Notes: a model not told the origin generated them from the sequence alone. A stretch of 64,000 nt of DNA from Nitrospirales bacterium (GCA_965203295.1 CBDBCZ010000019.1:2720001-2784000); one strand, 5' to 3'; counted from the first letter of the stretch, positions 12,116 through 23,814 are shown. A program made the numbers and translations.

Positions 12116-12520
12116 TTACCTTTCATGAGGGGTGCCTCTGCTCGGCATAATGTTCGCGTTCCGGCATTGACTGATTTTGCATACTTGACTCATCGCGGCT
12201 TTCAATTCGGCCATTCGTACCGGCTTATCCAAATACATGTTGACTCCCCGTTCAATGGCCATAGCTTTTGTGAGGGAATCTCCAAACGCTGTGACAAGAA
12301 TGATGGGAGTCTCAGGGACCGCAATTCTCAGTGAAGCAAGAAACTCAAAACCCCCATAAGGCATTCGGAAATCCGTGATGATGAGATCAGGGGCAAAGAA
12401 TTTCAACTGATCCCACGCATGGTTCCCGTCACCAGCTTCCGCCACATGACAGCCTTCCTCACTCAATTCATCACTCAAAAGAATTCTCATCGCTGGATCG
12501 TCGTCAATTACTAAAATCAC
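12116..12520 (-). CDS. Single-domain response regulator
   Basis: ILVIDDD, DLIITDFRMP, VTAF, KP receiver motifs. Confidence 0.85.
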   Translation of the reverse strand: MILVIDDDPAMRILLSDELSEEGCHVAEAGDGNHAWDQLKFFAPDLIITDFRMPYGGFEFLASLRIAVPETPIILVTAFGDSLTKAMAIERGVNMYLDKPVRMAELKAAMSQVCKISQCRNANIMPSRGTPHER

Positions 12521-12625
12521 GCAATCCCCCCCTTCGAAGCATGAGCCCGACAGGGTCCGTCATTCTCTCGAAAAAACCCAATATCAGTCATAGGGAGAAC
12601 CTAGAACCTTACGGTTCAGTTATCT

Positions 12626-12641
12626 TGCAATCAGCAGACCA
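12626..12641 (-). promoter_or_regulatory. Sigma-54 promoter
   Basis: TGGTCTGCTGATTGCA (GG-N10-GC) upstream of the response regulator. Confidence 0.55.
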
Positions 12642-12925
12642 AGGCAGCATAGACGTCACCATGTTGCAAATATCTCAAAAAATTGGCGGACAAGGGAATT
12701 TATGTACTAGAGAAGGAACATGGGTAAGGGTTTGGTGAAGCAAAATGCCTCAAAACTTATGCTTGTTTTGTGGCGTGAGGCAACATCAAAAGCCAGTCTG
12801 GGATCAAGACGATCGTACTCTTTGTTGATTCCTTGGCGATATCAACAGCGCTCAGCTCCAATTGAGTTCTTTTAGGACTAATACCCTAATGCGGAAAAAA
12901 GGAAGGGTAACCAAAGATTATTCTA

Positions 12926-12941
12926 TGGCATGGACTTTGCT
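12926..12941 (+). promoter_or_regulatory. Sigma-54 promoter
   Basis: TGGCATGGACTTTGCT upstream of USP at 13069. Confidence 0.75.
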
Positions 12942-13068
12942 AACTTAAAATAGAAATCCAATTCAAGAGTCTTTTTATCCTCAACGCATAAAGATGTGGT
13001 CTTTCATAGGTGTGTAGGCCCACTGTCCCAAAGATCGAGGACGCAGAAGTTTTCACGATTGAAGCATT

Positions 13069-13924
13069 GTGAATTCGTTTCCCTTTGAAAACATTGTTCA
13101 CCCCAAGGATTTTTCATTAGCCAGTGAAAGAGCCTTTGCCCACGCGCTCAAGCTCGCTGTCGCAGCAAGAGCTGATCTCTGAATTATTCATTACGCCGAA
13201 CAAGGTGTCGTGGAAAGTTGGGATTACTTCCCAAAGGTTTTGGAGACCTTAATACGATGGGGGGTCGTACCGGCTAACCATTCCAAAGAAGATCTTAAAC
13301 GTTTGGGGTTTCAAGTACAGGGAGTGTTGGCCACAGGATCGGACGCCCTTCATTCCATTCTTCGAAACCTGAAACGAAAGCCCAGTAACCTTCTCGTTCT
13401 CGCCACACACCAAATCGATGGCCTCAATCGCTGGCTGAGAACTCCTATCGCCGAACCATTGGCTCGTCAATCTGGAATTCCCTCCTTGTTCGTTCCAGCC
13501 GTTTGTCAAAGCTGTATCAACATTGAAAACGGAGAGGTCAATTTAGGACGTGTCCTGCTGCCAGTCGATCACCAGCCTCTCCCTCAAGAAGCCATTAATG
13601 GAGCATTTGCGTTTACTCAATTCCTTGGAGTGAAATCCGTTGAGTTTAGACTATTTTATGTTGGGAAAGATGGGGAATTACCTGCGATTAGCCTACCTCC
13701 GCATGGAGTCTGAAAATGGAAAACTCGGGAAGGTCATGGAACAATCGCGAATCGGATTCTTGCGAATCGGATTCTTGAGGAAGCTACTGATTTTGATCCA
13801 CATCTGTCTGATTGTCATGGTGACGCAAGGGCATAAAAGCTTGATCGATGTTCTCAGAGGCAGTACGACGGAACAAATCCTTCGGAATGCACAGTGTCCG
13901 GTACTTGCCATACCGATCGATTAA
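13069..13924 (+). pseudogene. Two-domain universal stress protein, disrupted
   Basis: NIVHPKDFS..AFAHALKLA; GSTTEQILRNAQCPVLAIP; in-frame TGA at 13180 and 13711, 15-bp duplication, frameshift ~13805. Confidence 0.85.
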
Positions 13925-14278
13925 ACCGACTATCCGACTTCACCAACCAAGGTCCCTTGGAAAACAATCTGCAAAGGCATGGAATTGAATGTTTTGAAAT
14001 AATGCTCCCAGAAAAGGGGAAAAAGAGTCGTTCATCCGATGCCGAGAAAATCTGGAGAATCAAATAGAGGAGTGGACGAGAGGACTTAACGGGATGATCT
14101 GTTCAAAGGTTCAACCTGCTCAAAGCGAGCAAGTGGGGGAAAGGGAACGAGTGGGCTGTGGCGTTTTATCCCATTTCGCTGCAGATTATCTTTTTCATCT
14201 CGAAAATCATCAAAGGATTAACGAAAGAAAATCACGATAAAAATAGAAAAAAGCAAGTGAAACCGCTCAAAGCAAAAG

Positions 14279-14473
14279 TCAGGCAGCATCATGCTTTCCG
14301 CTTATCGGTTTTAGTGAATCCGGAAAGATTTCTCCACATTCCTTACAAACCAGATAACCTGCTTCACTCTCATTATTCGAATTTAGATAATCAATCACAC
14401 GGGAATGGCTGCAAGGTTGATTTCCCCTCGCTCTCCATGCCTCTCTCAGACGACCGGCCTCGTCAGGAGTCAC
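14279..14473 (-). CDS. Small hypothetical protein with CxH..CxxC (possible Zn ribbon)
   Basis: GTG start after GAGG; PCSH...VCKECG. Confidence 0.5.
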   Translation of the reverse strand: MTPDEAGRLREAWRARGNQPCSHSRVIDYLNSNNESEAGYLVCKECGEIFPDSLKPISGKHDAA

Positions 14474-14611
14474 GGGACACCTCTTAAGGTATAGGCAAAT
14501 ATTATGAAGTCGTCAAATTCAGTATATCCGTTCCATTTCCTGGTTCTCTAGCGGATCCCACTCCTCATGTTATGCGAATCCTGCACAAAAATATAGCGGG
14601 GAACAGTGGAT

Positions 14612-14943
14612 TTAAGCCCTGACCCAATTCCACACCTCCTGGGACTGGTCCGGCGAAAAATATTTTACTTCAGTTTTCACAAATGGACTCACGACCTTCA
14701 TTAACCATTCGAACCAACTGTTATCCCCAACAATCGCGATTCGTGTAAAATCCCGCAAGTGCCGCATGTTGAATTTGAAGTCTTCCCAAAAAGCCTCAAT
14801 CTCGATCCCTTCAAAACCGGTCCTGATTGGTTAATAAGGTTTTCGAGGTAAGGGAGAAGAACTCCATAGTCTTCCTTCGTGGGCTTCCCATCAACCTTCA
14901 TGCCAACGACATTGTCAGAACTTTCATCCAAAATGCGATACAC
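14612..14943 (-). pseudogene. STAS/SEC14 (SpoIIAA-like) domain protein, frameshifted
   Basis: GTG after AGGAGG; NVVGMKVDGK..KEDY; second frame gives FEGIEIEAFWEDFKF..RIAIVGDNSW..VKYF..WNWV. Confidence 0.75.
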
Positions 14944-15074
14944 GGTTTTCCTCCTTTGCTTGCTATAGAACAAAATTCTCTCCCCCTCATTTCAAACGAG
15001 AAGGGAGATATCCAAGGACCTTTCTCACTCATTATTCTATTTTGTTCGAAAGGAGAAAATGGTTTTTCAACCAA

Positions 15075-16189
15075 CTGACCATAGCCAATGAGAATTTCCT
15101 TGCATCCCATATCCTCCATAACGCGTCGGACAAGCTCCGGGGGGCATGGGGGTCCTGCCATAATCCTGGTGCGTAAACTTGAATGATCGAAAAGGTGAAA
15201 GTCCGGATGCTCGAGCTCCGCAATGAACATGGTGGGTACCCCATGCACTGCCGTGCAACTCTCCTTATCGATGGCGGCCAACGTCAGGGTTGCTTCAAAA
15301 TATTCTGAAGGGATCACGATAGTCACCCCAACCATGATACACACCAGATTGGCCACGACCATTCCAAAGCAATGGTAAAAAGGCACAGCCACGCAGAGAC
15401 GGTCATCCACACCCATCCGCATAATCTTAGCCGCGAAGTACGCGTTGTTCAGAATATTGTGGTGCGTCAACACCACCGCCTTGGGGAAGCCGGTGGTTCC
15501 TGACGTGAACTGAATGTTGATGGGATCGTCCGGTTCAAGAGTCTTCGCACGGGCATCAAGGTCCTCATCGATCATTCCCTCTCCCCGGCCAACAAGTCCA
15601 CCCCACTTCATGAATCCTAGTTGAAGGCATCGGGTTTTCTCTGCATCTTCAGGGTCATAGACAACGAGGTGCTTGAGATCGGGAAAAAGGGCAGAGGAAA
15701 ATTCATCTGGCAAGTTCACCTGTGCCTCCGGGCAAAGTTCACAAACCATATCCACGTAGTGTGAAGTCCGGAAGGATGGAATCAAAAACAGAACCGGAAG
15801 GATGGAATCAAAAACAGAATCTGAACGCGTGCCCGCGCTAGAGCATGCTGTAGTTCCTCAACACGATATGCTGGATTGATATTGACAAGAATGGCTCCGA
15901 CGTAAGCTGTCGCCATTTGCAGAAGCACCCATTCGAGATTGTTGGTAGACCAAATCCCAACGCGGTCACCTTTCGATACCCCCACGGCTAAAAGCGCTTT
16001 TGCCAGTTGCCGTGCTTTGTCGCGGAAAGATGAATAATTGAATCTGACATCTTGAGGCATGGAGACAACCGCCTCATGTTCCGAAAAGCGTGCCACAATG
16101 TCCTCAAACAACTGGGGAATCGTGACGCCAATCAGAGGAGTATCTCCACCATTATGAACGTAGGACCGTTTGGGTTTCCCAGCGTTCAC
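15075..16189 (-). pseudogene. AMP-binding acyl-CoA synthetase, frameshifted and C-terminally truncated
   Basis: GDRVGIW, INPAYR, IQFTSGTTGFPK, PFYHCFG, GVPTMF; homology ends at GYGQ; 26-bp duplication at 15768-15819 shifts frame. Confidence 0.85.
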
Positions 16190-16323
16190 GACCTACCTTT
16201 GATAAAGTATCTCAGGATCGGCATTGTTCTGTTTCCCTGGGAAATAAAGAATCCAAATTGGAGGGAATCAGCCAAGCTCCAGATAGATTGTGCATGGATG
16301 TTTCCCCCTCTCTACTGAGGTAA

Positions 16324-16339
16324 AGCAAGCCATATACCA
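16324..16339 (-). promoter_or_regulatory. Sigma-54 promoter
   Basis: TGGTATATGGCTTGCT upstream of the acyl-CoA synthetase. Confidence 0.65.
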
Positions 16340-16650
16340 AATTTCTGAGCCTTGGCTGGAGAGAAAAAGCCTTTAGCCTACAAAGGTACTACGGAGGGTT
16401 AAGAAAGAGGATGGGTTCAAAATGAACAAAGCGAATACGCAGTTGGTGCGGAAATCTGCCACACCCCATTCTGATCATGACCGAAGGCTTACATTCTGCT
16501 TCTACCTTGACAGTCGTCTTTAAAAGAAAGGGAAATCTAGTACCCGAGTCAATCGTTTATTTCTATGGCGTCCCCCGGTGCAGAGTTCTCCCCGCTCATA
16601 AGTTTGTGGTCACTTGTCGATACCGTATGACTTTCTAAACCGGATAGCGG

Positions 16651-18003
16651 TCAATGTTCTTGGAGTTCCTTTTCTTTGGCATCCATGGATTGCGCAAGTT
16701 CGTGCAATGCCTTGGATACTTTAACCTCGATCGTGACATCTTCGCGAAGCTGTTGCAGTTCTTTCGGCAGCCGTGTCAGCTGGACCGAAGCATGGTCACG
16801 TATATTGTTGAGAGAGGGAGGAGGTGCCGTACGCTTACCGGCTTCCATGACAGGTTGAATTAAAGGCTCTCCTTCTTGCGAATCATCTGTGGTGGTCAAG
16901 ATATCACAAGCAATGCAGCCAAGCTGATCATATTGACGATATACTTGTTTCCGCCCCGGCCACGTTGCCTTGCCTTCGGATTTTTTGCGACATGCACGGC
17001 CAGCATATTCTTGAAGTTTATACGCACAATCAAAATAGGGCGCGTCGACTGAGGCCGTCATTTTGGTTCCAACCGCGAGGAGATCAATAGGTGCCTGAGA
17101 CTCCACCATTGTTTGAATAGCATATTCATCAAGGTTTCCACTGGCTGTGATTTTCACATCAGTCAATTCGCTTTCATCCAAAATTCGGCGAATCTTGAAG
17201 GCATGGTCGACCAAGTCACCGCTATCCAATCCCACCCCTTTAATTGTAATTCCTTTCTTCTTCAGTCGAGGTGCCAAAGCCACGACTTTTTTCGCTCCTT
17301 CTTCGGTATCGTAGGTATCGATCAATAGAACGACATTCTCTGGTTGAGCTTCTGCAAAATGCTCAAAAGCTTCGCTCTCTACGGTATGAGCCTGGATAAA
17401 GGAGTGCGCCATCGTCCCAAAGACTGGAACGCCAAAGAGGAGTTCGGCCATGACGGTTGCTGAACCAGCAAAACCGGCAAGGTAGCTCGCTCGAGCGGCG
17501 AGCAGGCCGGCCTCAGCTCCATGGGCTCGTCGCAAACCGAAATCAATCAACGGTTTTCCTCCAGCGACCAACACCGATCTGGCAGCTTTTGAGGCTACCA
17601 GGGTTTGATATTGCAAGAGATTGATCAAGCGAGTTTCTACCAATTGTGCCTGCGGAAGGGGCGCGGTCACTCGGGCAATCGGTTCATTTGAGAAAAAGAC
17701 AGTGCCTTCTGGCATCCCGTGGAGGTCACCGGAAAACCGCCATTGTTCCAAATAGTCCACAAACGATTTACTGAAGTGCCCGCTAGTGGCCACCCAGTCC
17801 AACTCTCTTGGTGTAAAGTGGACGTCTTCTAAAAATTCCACTAATTGCTCCAGGCCGGCGGCCATAAAAAACCCTCTCTGCTTGGGCATCTTACGGGCAA
17901 AAAACTCAAACACGGCTGTCTCTTCCATGCCCTGCTCCATATACCCTTGCAGCATCGTGAGCTGGTAGAGATCGGTCAGCAATATGCTCGATCGAATGTC
18001 CAT
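16651..18003 (-). CDS. pncB: Nicotinate phosphoribosyltransferase
   Basis: LLTDLYQLTM, DFGLRRAHG, GTMAHS, LIDTYD, LDSGD, PGRKQVYR; full length. Confidence 0.92.
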   Translation of the reverse strand: MDIRSSILLTDLYQLTMLQGYMEQGMEETAVFEFFARKMPKQRGFFMAAGLEQLVEFLEDVHFTPRELDWVATSGHFSKSFVDYLEQWRFSGDLHGMPEGTVFFSNEPIARVTAPLPQAQLVETRLINLLQYQTLVASKAARSVLVAGGKPLIDFGLRRAHGAEAGLLAARASYLAGFAGSATVMAELLFGVPVFGTMAHSFIQAHTVESEAFEHFAEAQPENVVLLIDTYDTEEGAKKVVALAPRLKKKGITIKGVGLDSGDLVDHAFKIRRILDESELTDVKITASGNLDEYAIQTMVESQAPIDLLAVGTKMTASVDAPYFDCAYKLQEYAGRACRKKSEGKATWPGRKQVYRQYDQLGCIACDILTTTDDSQEGEPLIQPVMEAGKRTAPPPSLNNIRDHASVQLTRLPKELQQLREDVTIEVKVSKALHELAQSMDAKEKELQEH

Positions 18004-18016
18004 GACATTTTCCTAA

Positions 18017-18385
18017 TCAAAAGCGCCGGAAATCGTTCTGTGGTTCCAATGCACGGCAAGGGCCAAGAATGGTCATCAGCACTATTCCACCGCGGACTTC
18101 CTTTAGACCTCCCAGGCGTGATTTCCTTACGCGCCCACCCCTTAACGGTTCTTGAGAGATTCGTCCCAGCCTTTCAGCTTGTCTGCGCTCGTAGGGGGGT
18201 ATACCTTCGCTGAAAGGGGGAACACTGAATTCTCCATACTCAGTGGGCACGCTGGGAGCAACATATCCTTTGTCTTCTGTTCTCTGTTCCTCGCTTTTCT
18301 CTTCTATTGCCCCTTTCAACCAACGTGTCACATAGCTCAACAGTATAAACAAGAGAAGCAAGGCCAAATAGATGAAAGGTTCCAT
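18017..18385 (-). CDS. Hypothetical membrane-anchored protein (third gene of NfeD-FloA operon)
   Basis: N-terminal TM, C-terminal GIVLMTILGPCRA; position after floA. Confidence 0.6.
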   Translation of the reverse strand: MEPFIYLALLLLFILLSYVTRWLKGAIEEKSEEQRTEDKGYVAPSVPTEYGEFSVPPFSEGIPPYERRQAERLGRISQEPLRGGRVRKSRLGGLKEVRGGIVLMTILGPCRALEPQNDFRRF

Positions 18386-18397
18386 GCTTATGGATCC

Positions 18398-18887
18398 TTA
18401 CTTTTTCTGGTCACTAGGAGGTTCTTCTTCACTCCCAGCGATCGCATCACGCATGGCCGTATCCGCTTGTACATTCTTCATGCGGTAATAATCCATTATC
18501 CCCAAATTTCCCTGGCGAAAGGACTCCGCCATGGCTCGTCGTTCTTCCGCTTTGGCTTGAACGATTTGCTTATCTGCATTCGCTTGGTCGATTTGGAGCT
18601 TTGCGCCTATATTTTCTCCAACGTCAACATCGGCAATATCAGTCGTGAGAGTCGTTAATGGAAATTTCCAATCCCGCTTTGACAGCACTAATCCTCGCAG
18701 TCACAACCGTACCAGGCGGGACGCGTCGGAATGGCATCCCAATGAGGGTTAAAAGTCCCACGTAAGCATTGGAAGCCCATGCCGCGATCCACACTGGGAT
18801 CGGAATCAAATAAAGGAACCCGGCGAGGAAAATCAAGATCAGGAGAAGAAGCCCCAAGGTTCCAAAAACCTGCATTTCCATTCCCAT
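18398..18887 (-). pseudogene. floA: Flotillin-like FloA (YqfA) with internal deletions
   Basis: [59 protein letters not shown]; about half of normal length. Confidence 0.85.
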
Positions 18888-20372
18888 TAAGACTCCCTCC
18901 TCTCAGAATGTTCGATCCACCGTCTCACGACAATGCGATTGCCATCTACCCTGACTACTTCAAGGGGTTGGCCCCGCTTGGATAAATTCGCCATCAGAAA
19001 CGACATCGACTCGCTCTCCATCAATATGGGCAATACCGGCAGGGTGAAGATCGGATGCTGCGGTCCCACGTTTCCCCATCCATTGACGATCCTCCTCGGG
19101 CGAAGAGGCGTATCCCTCTTCAGCAGGAAGTTTCATTTCAAGTACCAACTTCTTCCCAAATGGGAGACGAGGAAAGTAGCGCAACACAATCAAGGCAACC
19201 GCTACCGCCAGGAGAATTGAAAGTGCAACTTGCCCGATCGCTTCCAAAATGACTCCCGATGTGGTCCCAGCGCCTACGAGACTTAGGCCAAGGCCGCCGA
19301 GGAGTGCAGCTATTCCTAAGATTCCCGTAATGCCGAAGCCGGGCACATAAAAAACTTCCAAGCCAACAAGGATGAGGCCAAGCCCGACAAGCAGAAGTTC
19401 TTCCAACCCTGCAAGACGAACAAGTCCATGGCCCCCAAAAAACAATGCCAGACTGATCAGCCCTAAGGCACCGGGAAAACCAAATCCGGGGGCCCGGATT
19501 TCCACAATGATTCCCAAGATCCCTATCGTCATCAGCAAGGAACTCACCACCGGGTGTGTGAGAAACCTTACTAATGTCTCGGCCCAGATCTCGGCCGCAT
19601 ACCAGATCTCATAATCCTCTAGATTGAGAAACTCTAGCACAGTTTCAAGATCATTCGCTCGAAAATCAGCGAACTGGAGCTTCAAGGCTTCATCCGTCGT
19701 GAGCGTGAGTAATTTTCCCTTGGCAATGACGTCGGAAATCTCTACATCCGCATCTACCATCGCTTCCGCAATCAATGGCGGACGATTTCGGCTTTCAGCC
19801 GTGGCTCGAAACTCTTTTCGCATGTACGATACGGTCTTCTCAGCGACCGGTTGGGCCGGAACACCTGGAAGGCCCATCTGGACTGGCGTTGCGGCCCCAA
19901 TAGTGGAACCATCGGCCATAACAATTTTCTTGGCTGCCAAGCTAATAAGCGCCCCTGCCGAAATGGCACGTTTATTCACAAAGGCCACTGTCTGGAGTTG
20001 TGATTCAAGAAGCGCATCTCGGATGACCACAGCAGCATCCACGCGCCCACCGAAAGTGTTGACCTCAAGAACAACTGCAGTACCCTTCGCTTCGGCTGCC
20101 TCTTCCAAAACACGCTCAATAAACGGGGCCAGGCCTAGATCGATGACTCCTTCAACCGGGACTACGTACACGAGTGGCTTTTGCGCGTTGACTGGGAAGG
20201 ATCCATCCAGCAAGATGGCTGCGGAAATTCCCAAAACACCAATCAAATTGGGATAGAACCAAATTCTGATGTTTGAGAACATTTGAATCTTCCCTCGATA
20301 AAAAGGGTGAAGTTGAAGCGCCTCCGCCATTGGTTTATGAGCCTTGGCCAATAATTCCTCTTTATTCATCAT
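18887..20372 (-). pseudogene. nfeD: NfeD-family membrane serine protease; C-terminal frameshift; N-terminus appears fused to a malic-enzyme remnant
   Basis: VNTFGGRVDAA, AISAGALIS, IGAATPV, PGFG, OB-fold C-terminus split ~18970. Confidence 0.8.
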
Positions 20373-20503
20373 TGTTGCTCACCCTCCAAACGAAACGATC
20401 TTTTGCCAACATGTATTATGGGTCTGTTGAATAATTCAAAAATGTTTCAAATTGGCGACCACGGCCCAACACCCTCATGTGTCAGGAGAAAAGGGGGCAT
20501 CTC

Positions 20504-20743
20504 ATGGAATGCAATCTCGGAAAAACAGAGCGAAAAACTCGCATTGGCCTCGGAATTCTTTTCCTCGGAATCGCGGGGCTCACTATGCTTCCTGAATGGG
20601 GAAGTGCATTAGTATTTGGAGTTGGAGCCATTGCCTTGTTTATTGGAGCCATTGCCTTGTTTACAGGTGTAGCTCGGTATTGTCCAGTGTGGAGAATGTT
20701 GGGAATTAACATTTTTCATGATAAAGCAGCTGAGAGCCATTGA
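20504..20743 (+). CDS. DUF2892 (YgaP-like) membrane protein
   Basis: CNLGKTER..RI..G, TG..RYCP.W..LGI; carries an in-frame 21-bp duplication. Confidence 0.75.
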   Translation: MECNLGKTERKTRIGLGILFLGIAGLTMLPEWGSALVFGVGAIALFIGAIALFTGVARYCPVWRMLGINIFHDKAAESH

Positions 20744-21014
20744 GGCAAATCACCCGAATGGAGGATCAGGCCATGTGGAGGAGAAGAGCGATGCACGGTG
20801 GACTGTCGTGCCTTCACCGACCTTTTAAATCCTTCTCAGTTTGTGATTCGTGGAAGAGGAGCCAGTCAATTCACCCCTTTCAAGGGCTCTGGAATGAAGC
20901 TCACGTGAGATAGGCCTAACAACAAGAGGCCTTGCAAAAGTGTGTGACACCAGGTAGAACCTTCGCTTAGCACTCTATCAAGAAAGCATTCAAAAGTTTA
21001 GGAAGGAACGTGAC

Positions 21015-22262
21015 ATGACCCAGCACCTAAAACGTGTCGGGATCCTTGTTGGAGGGGGGCCTGCTCCTGGTATTAACAGCGTCATCGAAGCCGCGACTCT
21101 TCGATGTCTTGCTCAAAATGTGGAAGTAATCGGGATTCAAGGGGGCTTCAATTCGATTATGCAAGGTGACCTTTCTAAAGCCCGCCCCATGACTCATGAA
21201 ACCATTCGTCGAATTCATTTTAGAGGAGGATCATTCCTTGGCACCTCACGGGCCAACCCTACCAAGGATCCAGCACTCCTAGAACGAACCTTGTCCTCTT
21301 TAAAAAACCTCCAAGTATCGGCACTCATCACCATTGGAGGAGATGATACGGCTTCCTCGGCATTACACCTGGAAAAAGCTGCACAAGGACGCATTCAGTT
21401 CGTTCACGTTCCGAAAACAATCGATAATGATTTGTGCCTTCCTCATGGCATTTCTACCTTTGGGTTTCAAACAGCTCGTCATTTTGGAGTAGAGATTGCC
21501 AAAAACCTCATTGTCGATTCCCATACAACCTCGCGTTGGTATTTTGTGGTCGCGATGGGACGCAAGGTAGGACATTTAGCCTTGGGCATTGGGAAAGCGG
21601 CTGGCACAGCCCTTACTCTTATCCCAGAGGAATTTTCCGATAGGTCGCTCACGTTGGCCGACCTTTCATCGGTATTGCTAGGATCGATTGTCAAGCGGTT
21701 GAGTCAAGGCCGTTCGTATGGAGTCGCTGTCCTCGCGGAAGGGTTGGCTGAGTGTCTCAATCCGGAAGAACTATCTGAACTGGGAACAGTTGAAAGGGAT
21801 GAACATGGTCACGTCAGGCTAGCCGAACTCAACATTGGGGAAGTCCTCAAGGAAATTGTCCAGAAAGAACTCAAACAGTTTGGAGTGAAACTCACGATTG
21901 TCACCAAAAACATTGGGTATGAACTTCGTTGTGCTGATCCCATACCCTTTGACATGGAGTACACAAGAGATCTGGGATACTGCGCAGCTCAATTTCTTCT
22001 CGATGGCGGCAACGCCGCCATGGTGTCCATTTGCGATGGACGATTTACGCCTCTCTCTTTCAAAGACATCCTTGACCCTGTTTCAGGAAAGGCTAAAGTT
22101 CGAATGGTGGATACCAACTCAGAGTATTACCAAATCGCCAGGCAATGCATGGATAGACTCACACCTGAGGATTGTTCAGATAGAAATTCACTCTCAAAGC
22201 TCGCAGAAACGCTCAACCTCCAACCAGAAGAATTCCGAAAACGATTCTTTCCCGAACTTTAA
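21015..22262 (+). CDS. pfp: PPi-dependent phosphofructokinase
   Basis: GGGPAPG, GGDDT and PKTIDND (PPi-type signature residues), MGR, GYELRC; intact. Confidence 0.88.
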   Translation: MTQHLKRVGILVGGGPAPGINSVIEAATLRCLAQNVEVIGIQGGFNSIMQGDLSKARPMTHETIRRIHFRGGSFLGTSRANPTKDPALLERTLSSLKNLQVSALITIGGDDTASSALHLEKAAQGRIQFVHVPKTIDNDLCLPHGISTFGFQTARHFGVEIAKNLIVDSHTTSRWYFVVAMGRKVGHLALGIGKAAGTALTLIPEEFSDRSLTLADLSSVLLGSIVKRLSQGRSYGVAVLAEGLAECLNPEELSELGTVERDEHGHVRLAELNIGEVLKEIVQKELKQFGVKLTIVTKNIGYELRCADPIPFDMEYTRDLGYCAAQFLLDGGNAAMVSICDGRFTPLSFKDILDPVSGKAKVRMVDTNSEYYQIARQCMDRLTPEDCSDRNSLSKLAETLNLQPEEFRKRFFPEL

Positions 22263-22430
22263 CAAAACTCTATGTGTAAAAACTTGAGTTTCAGTTGACG
22301 AACGCAGTCAGATAAAGTAGCGGATTTCTTGCTGCGAAACTTTAAACCCGAAACTGTCTTCTTAAACTTTAAACTTAAAATCCATTGCTCGCCACTGTCT
22401 GATGAATCCCCCTCCTTTTTACTGTTCCCT

Positions 22431-23707
22431 TTAGTTTTTGGAAGCCCTACCGGAACAAGGCGCAGGTCGAGTACAACCTTCTGGAAGGCGAGTTCGTTCA
22501 TCCACGCAAGCCGAGTCAATTTGCTGCTGTGTGAGACCGTGGGCATGAATGATCGCGACGCCGTTGAGATTGGTCCCCACCATCGTCGCTTCTTGAATAT
22601 TGGCATCACGCAGATCCGCGCCATACAACCTCGCCCGGTCAAGGTGGGCCTCCTGAAGGTTAGCCTTAAACAAGATGGCCCTCTCCAAGTCAGAGTCACG
22701 AAGGTCTGCCTCCACCAGATTCGCCCATGCTAAATCAGCTCCAATGAGATTGGCTCCTCGAAGATTCGCTTCACCCAAATTGACCTCGAGAAGATCGGCC
22801 TCTTGGAGATTAGCTCCATAGAGATTTGCATGACGAAGATTCGCTTTGTACAGTATCGGCCTTTCCAGATTCGCTTCATGTAAATCAGCTCCCTCAAGAA
22901 GCGTCTCGTCCAGATTGGCTTTCCTTAAATCGGCCCAGGACAGATTAGCCCCTCGCAAGTCGGCTTTCTCGAGGTGAGTCTCATTCAGATCTGCCTCTTC
23001 AAGATTCGCATGCCTCAAAATTGCTCGGTGGAAGTCAGCTCCCTCAACCTCAGCTCGTCGAAGATTGGCGCTCTTCAAATTGGCTCTCTCGAGATTCGTA
23101 TTTACCAGTTTACCAGGTAGGCTTTCGCCAAATTGGCTTCATGTAAGTCAGCCATGAACAAATCAACCTCGCCCAAGTTTGTTTCCCTCAGGTCGGCAAA
23201 ACTCAAATTGGCCCTGCTCATGATGGCTTTTCGAAAATCAGCTCCTTCCATTTTTGCATGAACAAAATTGGCTTCCCGAAGGTCCGCAACATAGAGGGTC
23301 GCTTGAGTGAGGTCCGCATTCCGGAAGTCAGCCTTCACAAGACTGGTTCCGGACAGATTCGTTTGTCTCAACGTTGCTGAATTGAATTGGGCGCCACTCA
23401 AATTCATCTCCCGTAAGTCCATTTTGGTCAAATCGGAACGGCACAGATTGGCCCTCCTTCCTTGAGGATCCTGTCGATCAGCCAGCCATTTGAGGTGCGC
23501 ATCCAGAATATGGGTCAAGGTTTCTGCGGAAATCCTTCGATCTTGATAGGGACCTTGGCAAGAAGGTTGACTTTTCAAAATTAAAACAGAGAAAAAGGAG
23601 TCGGTGTTCTCTGCAAAAGAAGAGGATATCGTCAACATCACAAAGAGCACCAAGGATACGGCCAAGTCTCTGACGTCCAATCTCATTGAATACCTCCAGT
23701 GTTTCAC
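22431..23707 (-). pseudogene. Secreted pentapeptide-repeat protein, frameshifted
   Basis: Dozens of A(D/N)LxxA repeats across two ORFs, frameshift ~23105; N-terminal signal/TM. Confidence 0.85.
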
Positions 23708-23798
23708 CAGACAGGTTCGCTGAATGTTCCAGCTTGCTTGCCCTTACATCGTTCGAACAAACGAATCTCCTGGCCGACTTTCTTCGTTAATAAACCAA

Positions 23799-23814
23799 CG
23801 CAACTTCTATTCCA
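23799..23814 (-). promoter_or_regulatory. Sigma-54 promoter
   Basis: TGGAATAGAAGTTGCG (GG-N10-GC) upstream of the pentapeptide gene. Confidence 0.55.

Noticed and set aside
22431..23500. 15-bp periodicity as a DNA repeat element
   Set aside because: Explained by pentapeptide-repeat coding.
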